Source of the DNA: Natronospirales bacterium
Lineage (GTDB): Bacteria > Pseudomonadota > Gammaproteobacteria > Natronospirales > REEB76
Direction of reading: 5' to 3'
Length of the DNA: 64,000 bases
NCBI GenBank assembly: GCA_021816765.1
Contig: JAKAXB010000001.1
Location: forward strand, 170,929 to 234,928
Each line of letters starts with the position of its first letter. Positions within the stretch are counted from its first letter, which is position 1. Below are positions 34,417 to 42,950 of the stretch, one piece after another. The notes under the pieces are model-generated. The model made no database searches. It saw nothing but the letters and a program-made list of their open reading frames with translations, and had not been told where the DNA came from. The position numbers and the translations under genes were made by a program.

Positions 34417-35640
34417 TTAAATTATTTCCAGTCGCGGAACAAACGTGACGAATTGACCTCCCCATTCCCGAATGTAGCCGAGCTGGGCGACGATTTCCTC
34501 GCGCAGGTTCCACGGCAGGATCAAAACAAAATCAGGCCGGTCTGCTTTGAGTCGGGATTCGCCGACGACGGGAATCCGGGAACCGGGAAGCCAATGACCT
34601 TGTTTATGCGGCGACGCATCCACCACGTAAGGAAGCAGGTCGGGTTTTACTCCGGCGTAGTTTAACAGCGTATTGCCTTTGGCCGCGGCACCGTAGGCGG
34701 CTACTTTGCGCCCAGCCCGGCGTTGCTCCAGGAGAAACTCCAGGCAACCGTTCTTGACTGCATCGGCCTGTGCTTGCAAGTCTTGGTAATAGGCGATGTT
34801 CTGCATGCCCGCCTGAGTTTCCAGGGCCAGCAATGCCGCGACTTCGGGAGTTTGGATGTGTTGGCTGTGTTCATGCGCGGCCCAGATGCGCAGCGAGCCC
34901 CCGTGTGTGGGCAACTGTTCGACATCCCACACCCGCAAACCATGCGCCGTGAAAATTTCTTGCACGGTATGCAATGAAAAATAGGAAAAGTGCTCGTGAT
35001 AGACCGTATCGAATTGGCGCTTCGATACCAGCTCCATCAGGTGTGGAATCTCGACGCTGATCGAGCCTTGCCCGGCGAGAGCGATGGCGAGACCGGCGAC
35101 AAAGTCGTTGAGATCAGGTACGTGCGCCAGTACGTTGTTCGCCACGATCAGATCCGCTGACCGTCGTTTGCGCACGAACTCGCCGGCAAACTCACGGCCG
35201 AAGAAGCGCTCCAGCGTCTCGATACCTTTTCCCCGAGCCACCGCGGCGGTGCCGGCGGTGGGTTCGATACCCACACAGGGAATGCCGCGTGCGGCCACAT
35301 ATTGCAGAAGGTAGCCGTCGTTGGAAGCGATCTCCATCACCAAGCTGTTGTGGTTTAAGCCAAGACGTGCGATGACTTCGGTAACGTAGCGTTCGGCATG
35401 GGCCAGCCATGACCGCGCGAACGAGGAGTAGTAAATGTAATCGGGGGGGAACAGCGCGGTGGGCGGCTGCATCTCGGCCACCTGCACCAAATGACATCCC
35501 CCGCAGGTAAACAATTTCAACGGAAACCAGAGTTCCGGCGCGTTGAGAGTATCTGCCGTCAGGAAAGCATTCGAGGGCGGCGCGCTGCCGAGGTCGAGAA
35601 ATGCATTCTGCAGTGGTGTTCCACAGAAGCGGCACTTCAT
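34417..35640 (-). CDS. NDP-hexose C-methyltransferase (TylCIII-like, SAM-dependent)
   Basis: 407 aa with N-terminal zinc ribbon CRFCGTPL..CGGCHLVQ, followed by a class I methyltransferase core and a C-terminal C-methyltransferase-type domain. Confidence 0.75.
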   Translation of the reverse strand: MKCRFCGTPLQNAFLDLGSAPPSNAFLTADTLNAPELWFPLKLFTCGGCHLVQVAEMQPPTALFPPDYIYYSSFARSWLAHAERYVTEVIARLGLNHNSLVMEIASNDGYLLQYVAARGIPCVGIEPTAGTAAVARGKGIETLERFFGREFAGEFVRKRRSADLIVANNVLAHVPDLNDFVAGLAIALAGQGSISVEIPHLMELVSKRQFDTVYHEHFSYFSLHTVQEIFTAHGLRVWDVEQLPTHGGSLRIWAAHEHSQHIQTPEVAALLALETQAGMQNIAYYQDLQAQADAVKNGCLEFLLEQRRAGRKVAAYGAAAKGNTLLNYAGVKPDLLPYVVDASPHKQGHWLPGSRIPVVGESRLKADRPDFVLILPWNLREEIVAQLGYIREWGGQFVTFVPRLEII

Positions 35641-36188
35641 AATTCAATCCCGGCGAATGCCGCGGTCAACAATGGAAAATCGCGGTCTTTGCCGGAGACC
35701 TGCGTCACCGGCAGTGGCCATGCGATAGCCAGTACGGGATCGTCATGACGAACACCACCTTCGTGCGCACGGCTCCAGGCAGCGGTGTGCAGATACAGCA
35801 ACTGCGCGTCGTCGGTAAGCGTTTGAAACCCGTGTGCAAAACCCTCGGGTATGAAGAGTTGCATTGAATTGTTCTCGCTCAATTCGACGCCGTGCCAGTG
35901 CAGAAAGGTTGGCGAGCCGGCCCGCAGGTCCACGGCGACATCGAAGACCCGGCCTTGCAGGCAACGGATCAACTTGGCCTCGGCCGCTGGCGGAGACTGA
36001 AAGTGCATGCCGCGTATCGTACCTTTGAGGGAGGTGCTGGAAAGATTGATTTGCACCCAATGCAGGTATGGCCGCAGCTCGACGCACTCGGTCTCGCAGA
36101 ACACGCGGATAAAGCTGCCGCGTTGGTCCTGGATTGGCGCGGTCTCGATCAGCATCAAATCCGCCAGCGGAGTGCCGTGGGCTTTCAT
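35637..36188 (-). CDS. NDP-4-keto-6-deoxyhexose 3,5-epimerase (RmlC-like cupin)
   Basis: 183-aa RmlC-type cupin (DQRGSF.., GMHFQ, FIPEGFAHGF). Confidence 0.8.
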   Translation of the reverse strand: MKAHGTPLADLMLIETAPIQDQRGSFIRVFCETECVELRPYLHWVQINLSSTSLKGTIRGMHFQSPPAAEAKLIRCLQGRVFDVAVDLRAGSPTFLHWHGVELSENNSMQLFIPEGFAHGFQTLTDDAQLLYLHTAAWSRAHEGGVRHDDPVLAIAWPLPVTQVSGKDRDFPLLTAAFAGIEL

Positions 36189-37297
36189 TCAGCCCACTCC
36201 AGTCCGGCGGCATGAGCGGCGTTCACGTACTCGCGCAAATCCTCGTCGCTGCGCAGCTGGCCACGCTCGTAATAGGCACGGTACCACTGGACGGTGCGCC
36301 GCAGCGTTTCATCGGCATTCCAGATTGACCGCCAAGCAAGCTTCTGTGCGGCCTTCGAGCAATCCAATTGCAAAACTTTTGCCTCATGTGGGTGCGGGCC
36401 CGGATGATATGCGCTGCGCAAGCCCGGCCATTGAGCCTGCATCCGTGATACCAGATCCTGTACCGGCAATGTTGCATCGGCCGCCGGCCCGAAATTCCAG
36501 GCACCCTCAACCTGATCGCCGGCGAGCAGCTTTTGGCCGAGTTGCAGATAGCCAGAGAGTGGTTCGAGAACGTGTTGCCAGGGACGAATGGCGCCGGGAT
36601 TGCGGATCTGCGCGACTTCACCGGTGGACGCTGCGCGCACCAGATCCGGCACCAGGCGATCCGCCGACCAATCGCCGCCGCCGATGACATTGCCTGCGCG
36701 AGCGGTGGCTACGCGCGTTCCCTCATTACCAAGGAAGCTTTTGCGATAGCACTCGGTCACCAGTTCCGCGCAGGCCTTGGAAGTACTGTAAGGATCGTGT
36801 CCGCCCAGCGGGTGGTCTTCACGATAACCGGTACCGGTGGCTTGCTCCAGGTAAACCTTGTCGGTGGTGACGTTGACCAGCGCGCGTACGGAATGCGCGT
36901 TGCGGGCGGCTTCCAGCAGATGCACTAATCCGAGTACATTGGTATCAAAGGTGAGCAACGGCTCGCGATAACCGCGCCGCACCAGCGGTTGGGCGGCCAG
37001 GTGGAAGACGATTTCCGGCCGGATCTCTTCAAGCGTTTGGCGCACCGCTGCGCCATTACGCAGATCCACATGCAGGTCGCGTACCCCGTTCAAATCCAGC
37101 AAAGTCCAGTGCGAAGGCTCGGTATCCGGCGCCAGCGCCAGACCGGTGATGTGTGCGCCAAGTGTGGTCAGCCAGAGGCACAGCCACGAACCCTTGAAGC
37201 CCGTGTGGCCGGTGACCAGAACCTTGCGTCCGCTATAAGCACCGCCAAACAGTTTGTTCAAGACCAGACCTTCCAGGGCGCACGGCCGTTTTGCCAA
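36185..37297 (-). CDS. rfbG: CDP-glucose 4,6-dehydratase
   Basis: [17 protein letters not shown]ossmann motif. About 360-370 aa. A TTG at 37261, overlapping the rfbF stop as TTGA, is an alternative start. Confidence 0.85.
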   Translation of the reverse strand: MAKRPCALEGLVLNKLFGGAYSGRKVLVTGHTGFKGSWLCLWLTTLGAHITGLALAPDTEPSHWTLLDLNGVRDLHVDLRNGAAVRQTLEEIRPEIVFHLAAQPLVRRGYREPLLTFDTNVLGLVHLLEAARNAHSVRALVNVTTDKVYLEQATGTGYREDHPLGGHDPYSTSKACAELVTECYRKSFLGNEGTRVATARAGNVIGGGDWSADRLVPDLVRAASTGEVAQIRNPGAIRPWQHVLEPLSGYLQLGQKLLAGDQVEGAWNFGPAADATLPVQDLVSRMQAQWPGLRSAYHPGPHPHEAKVLQLDCSKAAQKLAWRSIWNADETLRRTVQWYRAYYERGQLRSDEDLREYVNAAHAAGLEWAE

Positions 37298-38028
37298 AGT
37301 TCCTCAAGCTTGATTTTGTCACGCAGCGTGTCCAGGGGCTGCCAGAATCCTGGATGGATGTAAGCGGAAATCCGGCCATCGCGCGCCAGCGTTTCCAGCG
37401 GACCGCGCTCCCATACTGTGGAATCGTCCTTGATATAGCCAAGCACACCGAGTTCCAGAACGAAAAAGCCGCCATTGATCCAGGAGCCGTCACCGGACGG
37501 TTTTTCCTCGAAGCGAACGATGCGATTGTCTTCGATGTCAATCGCGCCAAACCGGCCCGGTGGCCGTACCGCGCACATCGTCGCCAAACCGCCCTTGGCC
37601 CTGTGAAATGCGATTTCTGCGGTGATATCAATATCGGCAAGGCCGTCGCCATAGGTAAAGCAGAAAGTACCGCCGTCAAGATAATCCGCCACACGCTTCA
37701 GGCGTCCGCCGGTCTGTGTCTGATCGCCGGTATCCACGAGAGTGATTCGCCAGGGTTCGGCGTGCTTGTGATGCACCTCAAGTTTATTCGTGGACAGATC
37801 AATGGTGACATCGGACATGTGCAGGAAATAGTTGGCGAAGTACTCCTTGATCATGTAGCCCTTGTAGCCCAGGCAAATGATAAAGTCATTGATCCCGTGG
37901 TACGAATAGATTTTCAGCAGATGCCACAATACCGGCATGCCGCCGATCTCGACCATGGGTTTGGGACGAGTGGCGGTTTCTTCGCTAATCCGCGTGCCGA
38001 GACCACCGGCGAGGATGACTGCTTTCAT
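37258..38028 (-). CDS. rfbF: Glucose-1-phosphate cytidylyltransferase
   Basis: [33 protein letters not shown] signature. 256 aa. Confidence 0.9.
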   Translation of the reverse strand: MKAVILAGGLGTRISEETATRPKPMVEIGGMPVLWHLLKIYSYHGINDFIICLGYKGYMIKEYFANYFLHMSDVTIDLSTNKLEVHHKHAEPWRITLVDTGDQTQTGGRLKRVADYLDGGTFCFTYGDGLADIDITAEIAFHRAKGGLATMCAVRPPGRFGAIDIEDNRIVRFEEKPSGDGSWINGGFFVLELGVLGYIKDDSTVWERGPLETLARDGRISAYIHPGFWQPLDTLRDKIKLEELWQNGRAPWKVWS

Positions 38029-38263
38029 TGTCTGGCCTCATGCATGAGATGGGTCGGGTAACCTGTAATGAATATCATCAAAGATGCTGCTCTCATGAAA
38101 TACGTTTTCGACTGGGAAGGACTTGCAACCTGCGGGGCACGTAGTTTCCCCATTGTTGATGACCTGATTGGCTTTGCTGCAGATGGTCTTTGGGAACAAC
38201 GAAGTGATCTCCAGTAAGTGTTGGTAGTTGATTGATATCAGGGTATGCGCTATTTGGCTTGAA

Positions 38264-39136
38264 TCAGCGTTGCTGTCGGGTAGTGAACAGCAGGTTGGTG
38301 ATCTGTTCGGATACCAGGCCGATCAGGAATATGAGTATCGCCGTGATGAACAGCAAGGCACTCATGCCAGTGAACTGATGCGTGGCGATAAAAGTATAAA
38401 GGTAGCGGGCAAGTCCGAGCAGAAAAAAAACCACGCTGATGGGAAAGAATATCTTGAGAGGGGAATACAGGGTGCCGACCTTGAAGATGATCAGCAGGAA
38501 ACGCACACCATCCCGTAGCGGATGGATATGGCTTTTGCCCACCCGGGTGCTCGCCGTGATGGGGATGTAGGCCACGCCGTAGCCGGCCCGGAAGAAAGCC
38601 ATGGTGATGGTGGTGGGATAGGAAAAACCGTTGGGCAGAAGATGCAGAAATTCCCGGAAATACTCCGCTCTGACCGCTCGAAATCCCGAGGTCAAATCCG
38701 GAATGCGATGACCCACCATCAGGCTCGCCAACCGGTTGTATATGCGGTTGGCGAGACCGCGTCCGAGTGAAGCCTGGGAACGGTTGTTGCGCGCACCCAC
38801 CACCATGGCATATCCGGATTGCAGCTTTTCCAGCAGTGCCGGGATGTCGTTCGCATCGTGTTGACCGTCGGCGTCCATGAAGACCAGTACCTGGCCTGTG
38901 GCGGCGCGTGCCCCGGATTTTACCGCTGCCCCATTGCCCATGGAGTAAGGGTGGCTCACGACATGCGCACCGTTCTCGTCAGCCACGGCCGGAGTGCCAT
39001 CCGTGGAGCCATCATCCACCACCAGCAGCTCAGCTTGCGGATAGAGTTCCCGGAGGCGGCGCAGCAATCCATGGAGTGCCGGGGCCTCGTTTTTGGCCGG
39101 CAGGATGATACTGAGTGTCTGTGATGGTTCCGGCAT
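38264..39136 (-). CDS. Polyprenyl-phosphate glycosyltransferase (GT2, GtrB/Dpm1-like with C-terminal TM helices)
   Basis: GT2 core (LSIILPAKNE, VVDDGSTDGT, FMDADGQHD) followed by two C-terminal hydrophobic helices, the architecture of GtrB/ArnC-type enzymes. Start set at ATG 39136. Confidence 0.75.
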   Translation of the reverse strand: MPEPSQTLSIILPAKNEAPALHGLLRRLRELYPQAELLVVDDGSTDGTPAVADENGAHVVSHPYSMGNGAAVKSGARAATGQVLVFMDADGQHDANDIPALLEKLQSGYAMVVGARNNRSQASLGRGLANRIYNRLASLMVGHRIPDLTSGFRAVRAEYFREFLHLLPNGFSYPTTITMAFFRAGYGVAYIPITASTRVGKSHIHPLRDGVRFLLIIFKVGTLYSPLKIFFPISVVFFLLGLARYLYTFIATHQFTGMSALLFITAILIFLIGLVSEQITNLLFTTRQQR

Positions 39137-39291
39137 GGGGTGACTCCGGTCGCCGATGGCCCGGCAATATAGCATTGTTCATGGACGGGCCGGCGTGTGA
39201 ACGGCTCCCGGCGGGAGCCGAGTCACTGTTATCCCGCACCCCAATGCATGGGGTTCTGCCCGTGGTGCGCAGTTCCCCGGGGATCTCATAA

Positions 39292-39718
39292 TCAGTAATT
39301 GAGCAGTGAGAAACCTGCGAGCCCGGCGGCATGCGCCAGATCGGCGTCGAAAACCCCGAAGAGGAACTCGGCACCCTGACTGGCCTCGCGCAGGCTTCTG
39401 CTGCCGCAAGGTGCACACTGTCGTAACCGCGTAAACCCTAGCGACCCGCGAATTCGCCGACGCGACGAACCAGTGTTTCATCAGCCGCCACGATGGCCCA
39501 TTGGCGCCAGTGCCTGTCCACGGTGCGGCGCAGGCGCTGGAAGAGGGTTTTGTCCCTGCGAAACCTCGCATAGCGCGCGAATGCCGCGCACGCTTCCGCA
39601 TGGGCGATGAGGTGAGTGGCGATCACGCTGCTGCGCGTTGCCATCTCCGCACGCGTTTCGAGTGCGCTTCCTGCACCAGGAGCTTCACCGGCGCTGAGGT
39701 ATCCAGATACAGGATCAT
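39292..39718 (-). pseudogene. vapC: VapC-like PIN-domain toxin, disrupted (two frameshifts plus one in-frame TAG)
   Basis: N-terminus MILYLDTSAPVKLLVQE starts in an ATGA overlap with the phd stop. The reading continues in a second frame (..VIATHLIAHAEACAAFAR..). After a TAG at 39438-39440 comes GLRGYDSVHLAAA. A third frame gives ..AEFLFGVFDADLAHAAGLAGFSLLNY*. Length is 427 nt, not a multiple of 3. Confidence 0.75.
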
Positions 39719-40005
39719 CTGCGCTGGTCGTGCACGACTTCGGCCAAGGGTTTTTCTCCCGGCTTGAGACGCACCGTTGCCCGGGGGACGCGGAGTTTGC
39801 CGTGGCCGGGTCTGATCCAGGGCTGGCGACGTAAACGGGCGATGGCCCCCGCTTCGCCGCTGACCGGCGACTTCTGGCTGCCCCGGGGCGCCACCAAGCG
39901 TGCCATCGGTTTGCCATGTGAAGTCACGACCACCTCCAACCCGGCGCTGGCCTTGTGCAGGTAGGCGGACAGGCGGCCTTTCAGTTCGCGAACAGAGACC
40001 TGCAT
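39715..40005 (-). CDS. Phd/YefM-family type II antitoxin
   Basis: 96 aa with N-terminus MQVSVRELKGRLSAYL...VVVTSHGKPMARLV, typical of Phd/YefM. AGGAG RBS and a TACAAT box upstream. Confidence 0.8.
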   Translation of the reverse strand: MQVSVRELKGRLSAYLHKASAGLEVVVTSHGKPMARLVAPRGSQKSPVSGEAGAIARLRRQPWIRPGHGKLRVPRATVRLKPGEKPLAEVVHDQRR

Positions 40006-40218
40006 GTGTCCACTCCTGTGTGACTACTAAAGTGATTGTAGCCACGTTTGCTGTCGGCGCGAGGCGCGCCGCGGCGCTGCGTACCAGTCGCAAAGGGGAT
40101 GAAAATCAGCGGTGTGCCCCAAGGGGCCGCCCGTTCGGTGGCATAACGGTCCACTGGGCCATGATCTGAATCCACCTCGCCTCCAGGGGGTATTTGCGGG
40201 GCAGCAGTGGGGCTGAGT

Positions 40219-42231
40219 CTATTTTTTGGAAGAAGAAACGCGGGGTGCTGTGCGGAGTGCGGCAATGCGCTTCTCCAGATCGGTGATGACCGGGCTGAGC
40301 TGGCCCAGGCGATTGAGGGCTTTGACCTTCTGCAGATCGTGTTCAGCCAGGACCGGATCCCGCAGGGCAAGGTCCAGCAGCACCACGTTGATGCGGTATT
40401 GGGATTCGCTGGGCACCGCTCTCGCGGCTTGTTGCATGAGAGCCCGGCTTTTCCGCAGATTGCTACTCGCGCCGTGAGTGAGGTAATTCCCATAGGTCGT
40501 CAGGATATTGGCGTAGGTGGCGGGCGTTTCCCGCAGGCGCGGATTGGCCAGGGCCGCGTCAAACAGCGACCGCAACGCGCCCGGGGCGAAGCGGCAGTTG
40601 CGCGCGTTTTCGCATTGCACCAGGGCCGTCAGTCCCTGCTGGTCGGAGGCGCTGATGGCGCCGTGACGCAGCCGCCGCGCCATGCGCGCGAAGTTGGCCG
40701 CATCGTTTTTGCCCGCGGCCTGGCTTTGCAGGAGCGCCAATGCCGCGCTGGCGATGATGCCGGAGTCCGGCAGGGAAGCGGAATGCTCCAGGGCCGCTTC
40801 GGCCCGGGGCAGGAGCTGCTGGTTTCCCGCCAGCACCAGGTTCGTGAGCTCCTGTCCGAGAGCATAGGTTGCATAGGGCGAGCGCGGATGATTGGAGGCC
40901 TCGGATTCCACCAGCGACAGGGTATCGCGCCAGGTATAGGCGCGCATGGCGGTGACCGCGCCGTAGGTGAGCACCAGCAGCACCACGATGCCGATGCGCA
41001 CGCGCAGTCTCAGCAACCGCGAGGGCTCGGTGAGGATGAAGCCGAACACCGCGAACAGGATGCCCAGATCGGCCAGGTAATTGCGATGCTCGAAGGCGAT
41101 TTCCAGCGGAATGATTGTGGATTCCAGCAACTGCCCGGTAAAGAACCAGGCGATGCCGAAGGCGAGCCACGGGCGCCGTTTCCAGCTCAGCACCGCCGCG
41201 GCTGCAAGCGCCATGAGTCCGAGAATGGAAGTGAGCGTGGTCGCCGGCGCCAACAGACCGGTGGAGAGCGGGATGTCATCGTGGTACAGGCCGAGATCCT
41301 GCAAGCGCGGGAACAGCGTCCAGCGGATGTAGAGCCAGACCACGCGCGTTTCCGTCAGCAGCCGTTCGCCCAGGGTGAAATCCCGGCCCGCATAACTGAG
41401 TGCTGAGCCACCGTAAAGGCTGAATAGCCATGCCATGCCGAAGCAAAATGGCAGCACCAGGAACAATCCAAAGAAAACCATCAAACCGATTTTGTGGGAA
41501 CTGCCTACCCGGACGCGCGGGATTTGGGTTGGCGGCGACAGGCGGCCGGCGTGGTATGAGCCGAAACGCAACACACAAATTTCGATGACCAGCAGATACA
41601 CGGGCAGGAGCACGCCGGTTTCCTTGCTGGCCACCGCCAGCAGGCCGGCAATGGCCGTGCCGGCATACAGCTCCAGCCATGCGGATTTTCCCGCCAGCAT
41701 GCGCCGCCGCCCGTGCAGATACAGCACGCAACCTGCCAGGATGAACAGGGAGCACAGGCTCGTCTCCCGCTGCACCACGTACAGCACGGAGGTGAGATTG
41801 AGCGGGTGCAGCAGCCAGGCGGCGGTGCACAGCAGCGGCAGCCAGTCTGCGGCCTGGTTCCGCGGGAGCACGCCCTGATCGCACCATTGCCTGACGATCT
41901 GCCGCAGCAGTGCGAAAACCAGCAGGCCGTTCGCCAGGTGGATGGCGAGGTTGGTCAGCTTGAACGCGGTGGCATCCAGGCCGGAGAAATAGATATTGAA
42001 TGCGAAGGACAGCATGCTCAAGGGGCGCCGGAGCGGCCCCGCATGGGAAGACAGCGCGGCATGCAAGAGCCGATCCCATGCCAGGCTGTGCATCGCCAGC
42101 GCCCTGTCCTGCACGATGTTGGTGATATCGTCGAACACGAACGGGCCGTGCAGACCCGGCAGATAGGCAAGGACCGTCAGCAGCAAAGCCGCCAGTAGCG
42201 CGATATAAGGGTAGATCCGTGATGAAAACAT
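40219..42231 (-). CDS. GT-C fold membrane glycosyltransferase with C-terminal TPR-like domain (TfpW/TMTC-like), paralog 2
   Basis: 670 aa from ATG 42231. Multi-TM N-terminal half with first-loop motif YLPGLHGPFVFDD, then a helical-repeat C-terminal third. Shares motifs with 42951..44936 (RPxSMLSFAFNIYF, FKLTNLxIHL, LHPLNLTSVLY, FEHRNYL). The 895-aa track ORF is an artefact of reading through the repeat array. Confidence 0.75.
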   Translation of the reverse strand: MFSSRIYPYIALLAALLLTVLAYLPGLHGPFVFDDITNIVQDRALAMHSLAWDRLLHAALSSHAGPLRRPLSMLSFAFNIYFSGLDATAFKLTNLAIHLANGLLVFALLRQIVRQWCDQGVLPRNQAADWLPLLCTAAWLLHPLNLTSVLYVVQRETSLCSLFILAGCVLYLHGRRRMLAGKSAWLELYAGTAIAGLLAVASKETGVLLPVYLLVIEICVLRFGSYHAGRLSPPTQIPRVRVGSSHKIGLMVFFGLFLVLPFCFGMAWLFSLYGGSALSYAGRDFTLGERLLTETRVVWLYIRWTLFPRLQDLGLYHDDIPLSTGLLAPATTLTSILGLMALAAAAVLSWKRRPWLAFGIAWFFTGQLLESTIIPLEIAFEHRNYLADLGILFAVFGFILTEPSRLLRLRVRIGIVVLLVLTYGAVTAMRAYTWRDTLSLVESEASNHPRSPYATYALGQELTNLVLAGNQQLLPRAEAALEHSASLPDSGIIASAALALLQSQAAGKNDAANFARMARRLRHGAISASDQQGLTALVQCENARNCRFAPGALRSLFDAALANPRLRETPATYANILTTYGNYLTHGASSNLRKSRALMQQAARAVPSESQYRINVVLLDLALRDPVLAEHDLQKVKALNRLGQLSPVITDLEKRIAALRTAPRVSSSKK

Positions 42232-42403
42232 GGAACCGTGTGCTCCCGTCGCCGGCCGCAGGTGGGATGAGAATAGCTTTATTCCCGCAAAACGTCCCGT
42301 GGGAGTGGTGGTGACCGCCGGGGGTGAGCTGCGATAGCAGCGGAAATGCAGATTTTGCAGGGGCAAAAATTTGGCTCGCCGCGATAATGGGGGTTTATGT
42401 TTT

Positions 42404-42847
42404 CGTGGGAGCGGTGACATTCGCCGCGACAAGAGGCTATCGTCGCGCTGTATGACAGCGCTCCTACCCAAGATTCTGATGATTTCCCGTGGGAGCGGTG
42501 ACACTCGCCGCGACAAGAGGCTATCGTCGCGCTGTATGACAGCGCTCCTACCCAAGATTCTGATGATTTCCCGTGGGAGCGGTGACATTCGCCGCGACAA
42601 GAGGCCATCGTCGCGCTGTGTGACAGCGCTCCTACCCAAGATTCTGATGACTTCCCGTGGGAGCGGTGACATTCGCCGCGACAAGAGGCTATCGTCGCGC
42701 TGTGTGACAGCGCTCCTACCCAAGATTCTGATGATTTCCCGTGGGCGGTGACATTCGCCGCGACAAGAGGCTATCGTCGCGCTGTATGACAGCGCTCCTA
42801 CCCAAGATTCTGATGATTTCCCGTGGGAGCGGCGACACTCGCCGCGA
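42404..42847. repeat. Tandem array of REPIN units, about 5.3 copies with an 84-bp period
   Basis: Unit starts at 42404, 42488, 42572, 42656, 42740 and 42822. The fifth unit carries a 2-bp deletion; the last unit is a partial forward REP only, ending about 42847. Unit: forward REP GTGGGAGCGGTGACATTCGCCGCGAC, 11 nt, inverted REP GTCGCGCTGTATGACAGCGCTCCTAC, 20-nt linker. Confidence 0.95.
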
Positions 42848-42950
42848 TGGGGTTCAGGAATCGTGGCGGAGACCGCCACTCCTGCAGTCCAGCCCGCCCC
42901 TCGCATTCCGTTCCCCTATAAAGCGAGTCAACGCGGGGTGTGTTGGTTCA

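Noticed and set aside
42404-42847. Possible CRISPR arrays (regular 84-bp and 101-bp periodicity here and at 46246-46576).
   Set aside because: The inter-repeat segments are identical from unit to unit, so there are no unique spacers. The units are REP inverted pairs, an associated RAYT is present, and no cas genes are.
42232-42906. A 225-codon N-terminal extension of the GT-C gene (track ORF 40219..42906), plus repeat-protein ORFs 42279..42608 and 42371..42751. The same pattern appears at 46135..46657 and 47068..47400.
   Set aside because: The periodic peptide (SRRMSPLPRE.IRILGRSAV.QRDD) simply translates the 84-bp or 101-bp REPIN arrays, which are stop-free in several frames on both strands. 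The real GT-C start (MFSSRIYPY.., aligned to the paralog N-terminus) is at 42231.
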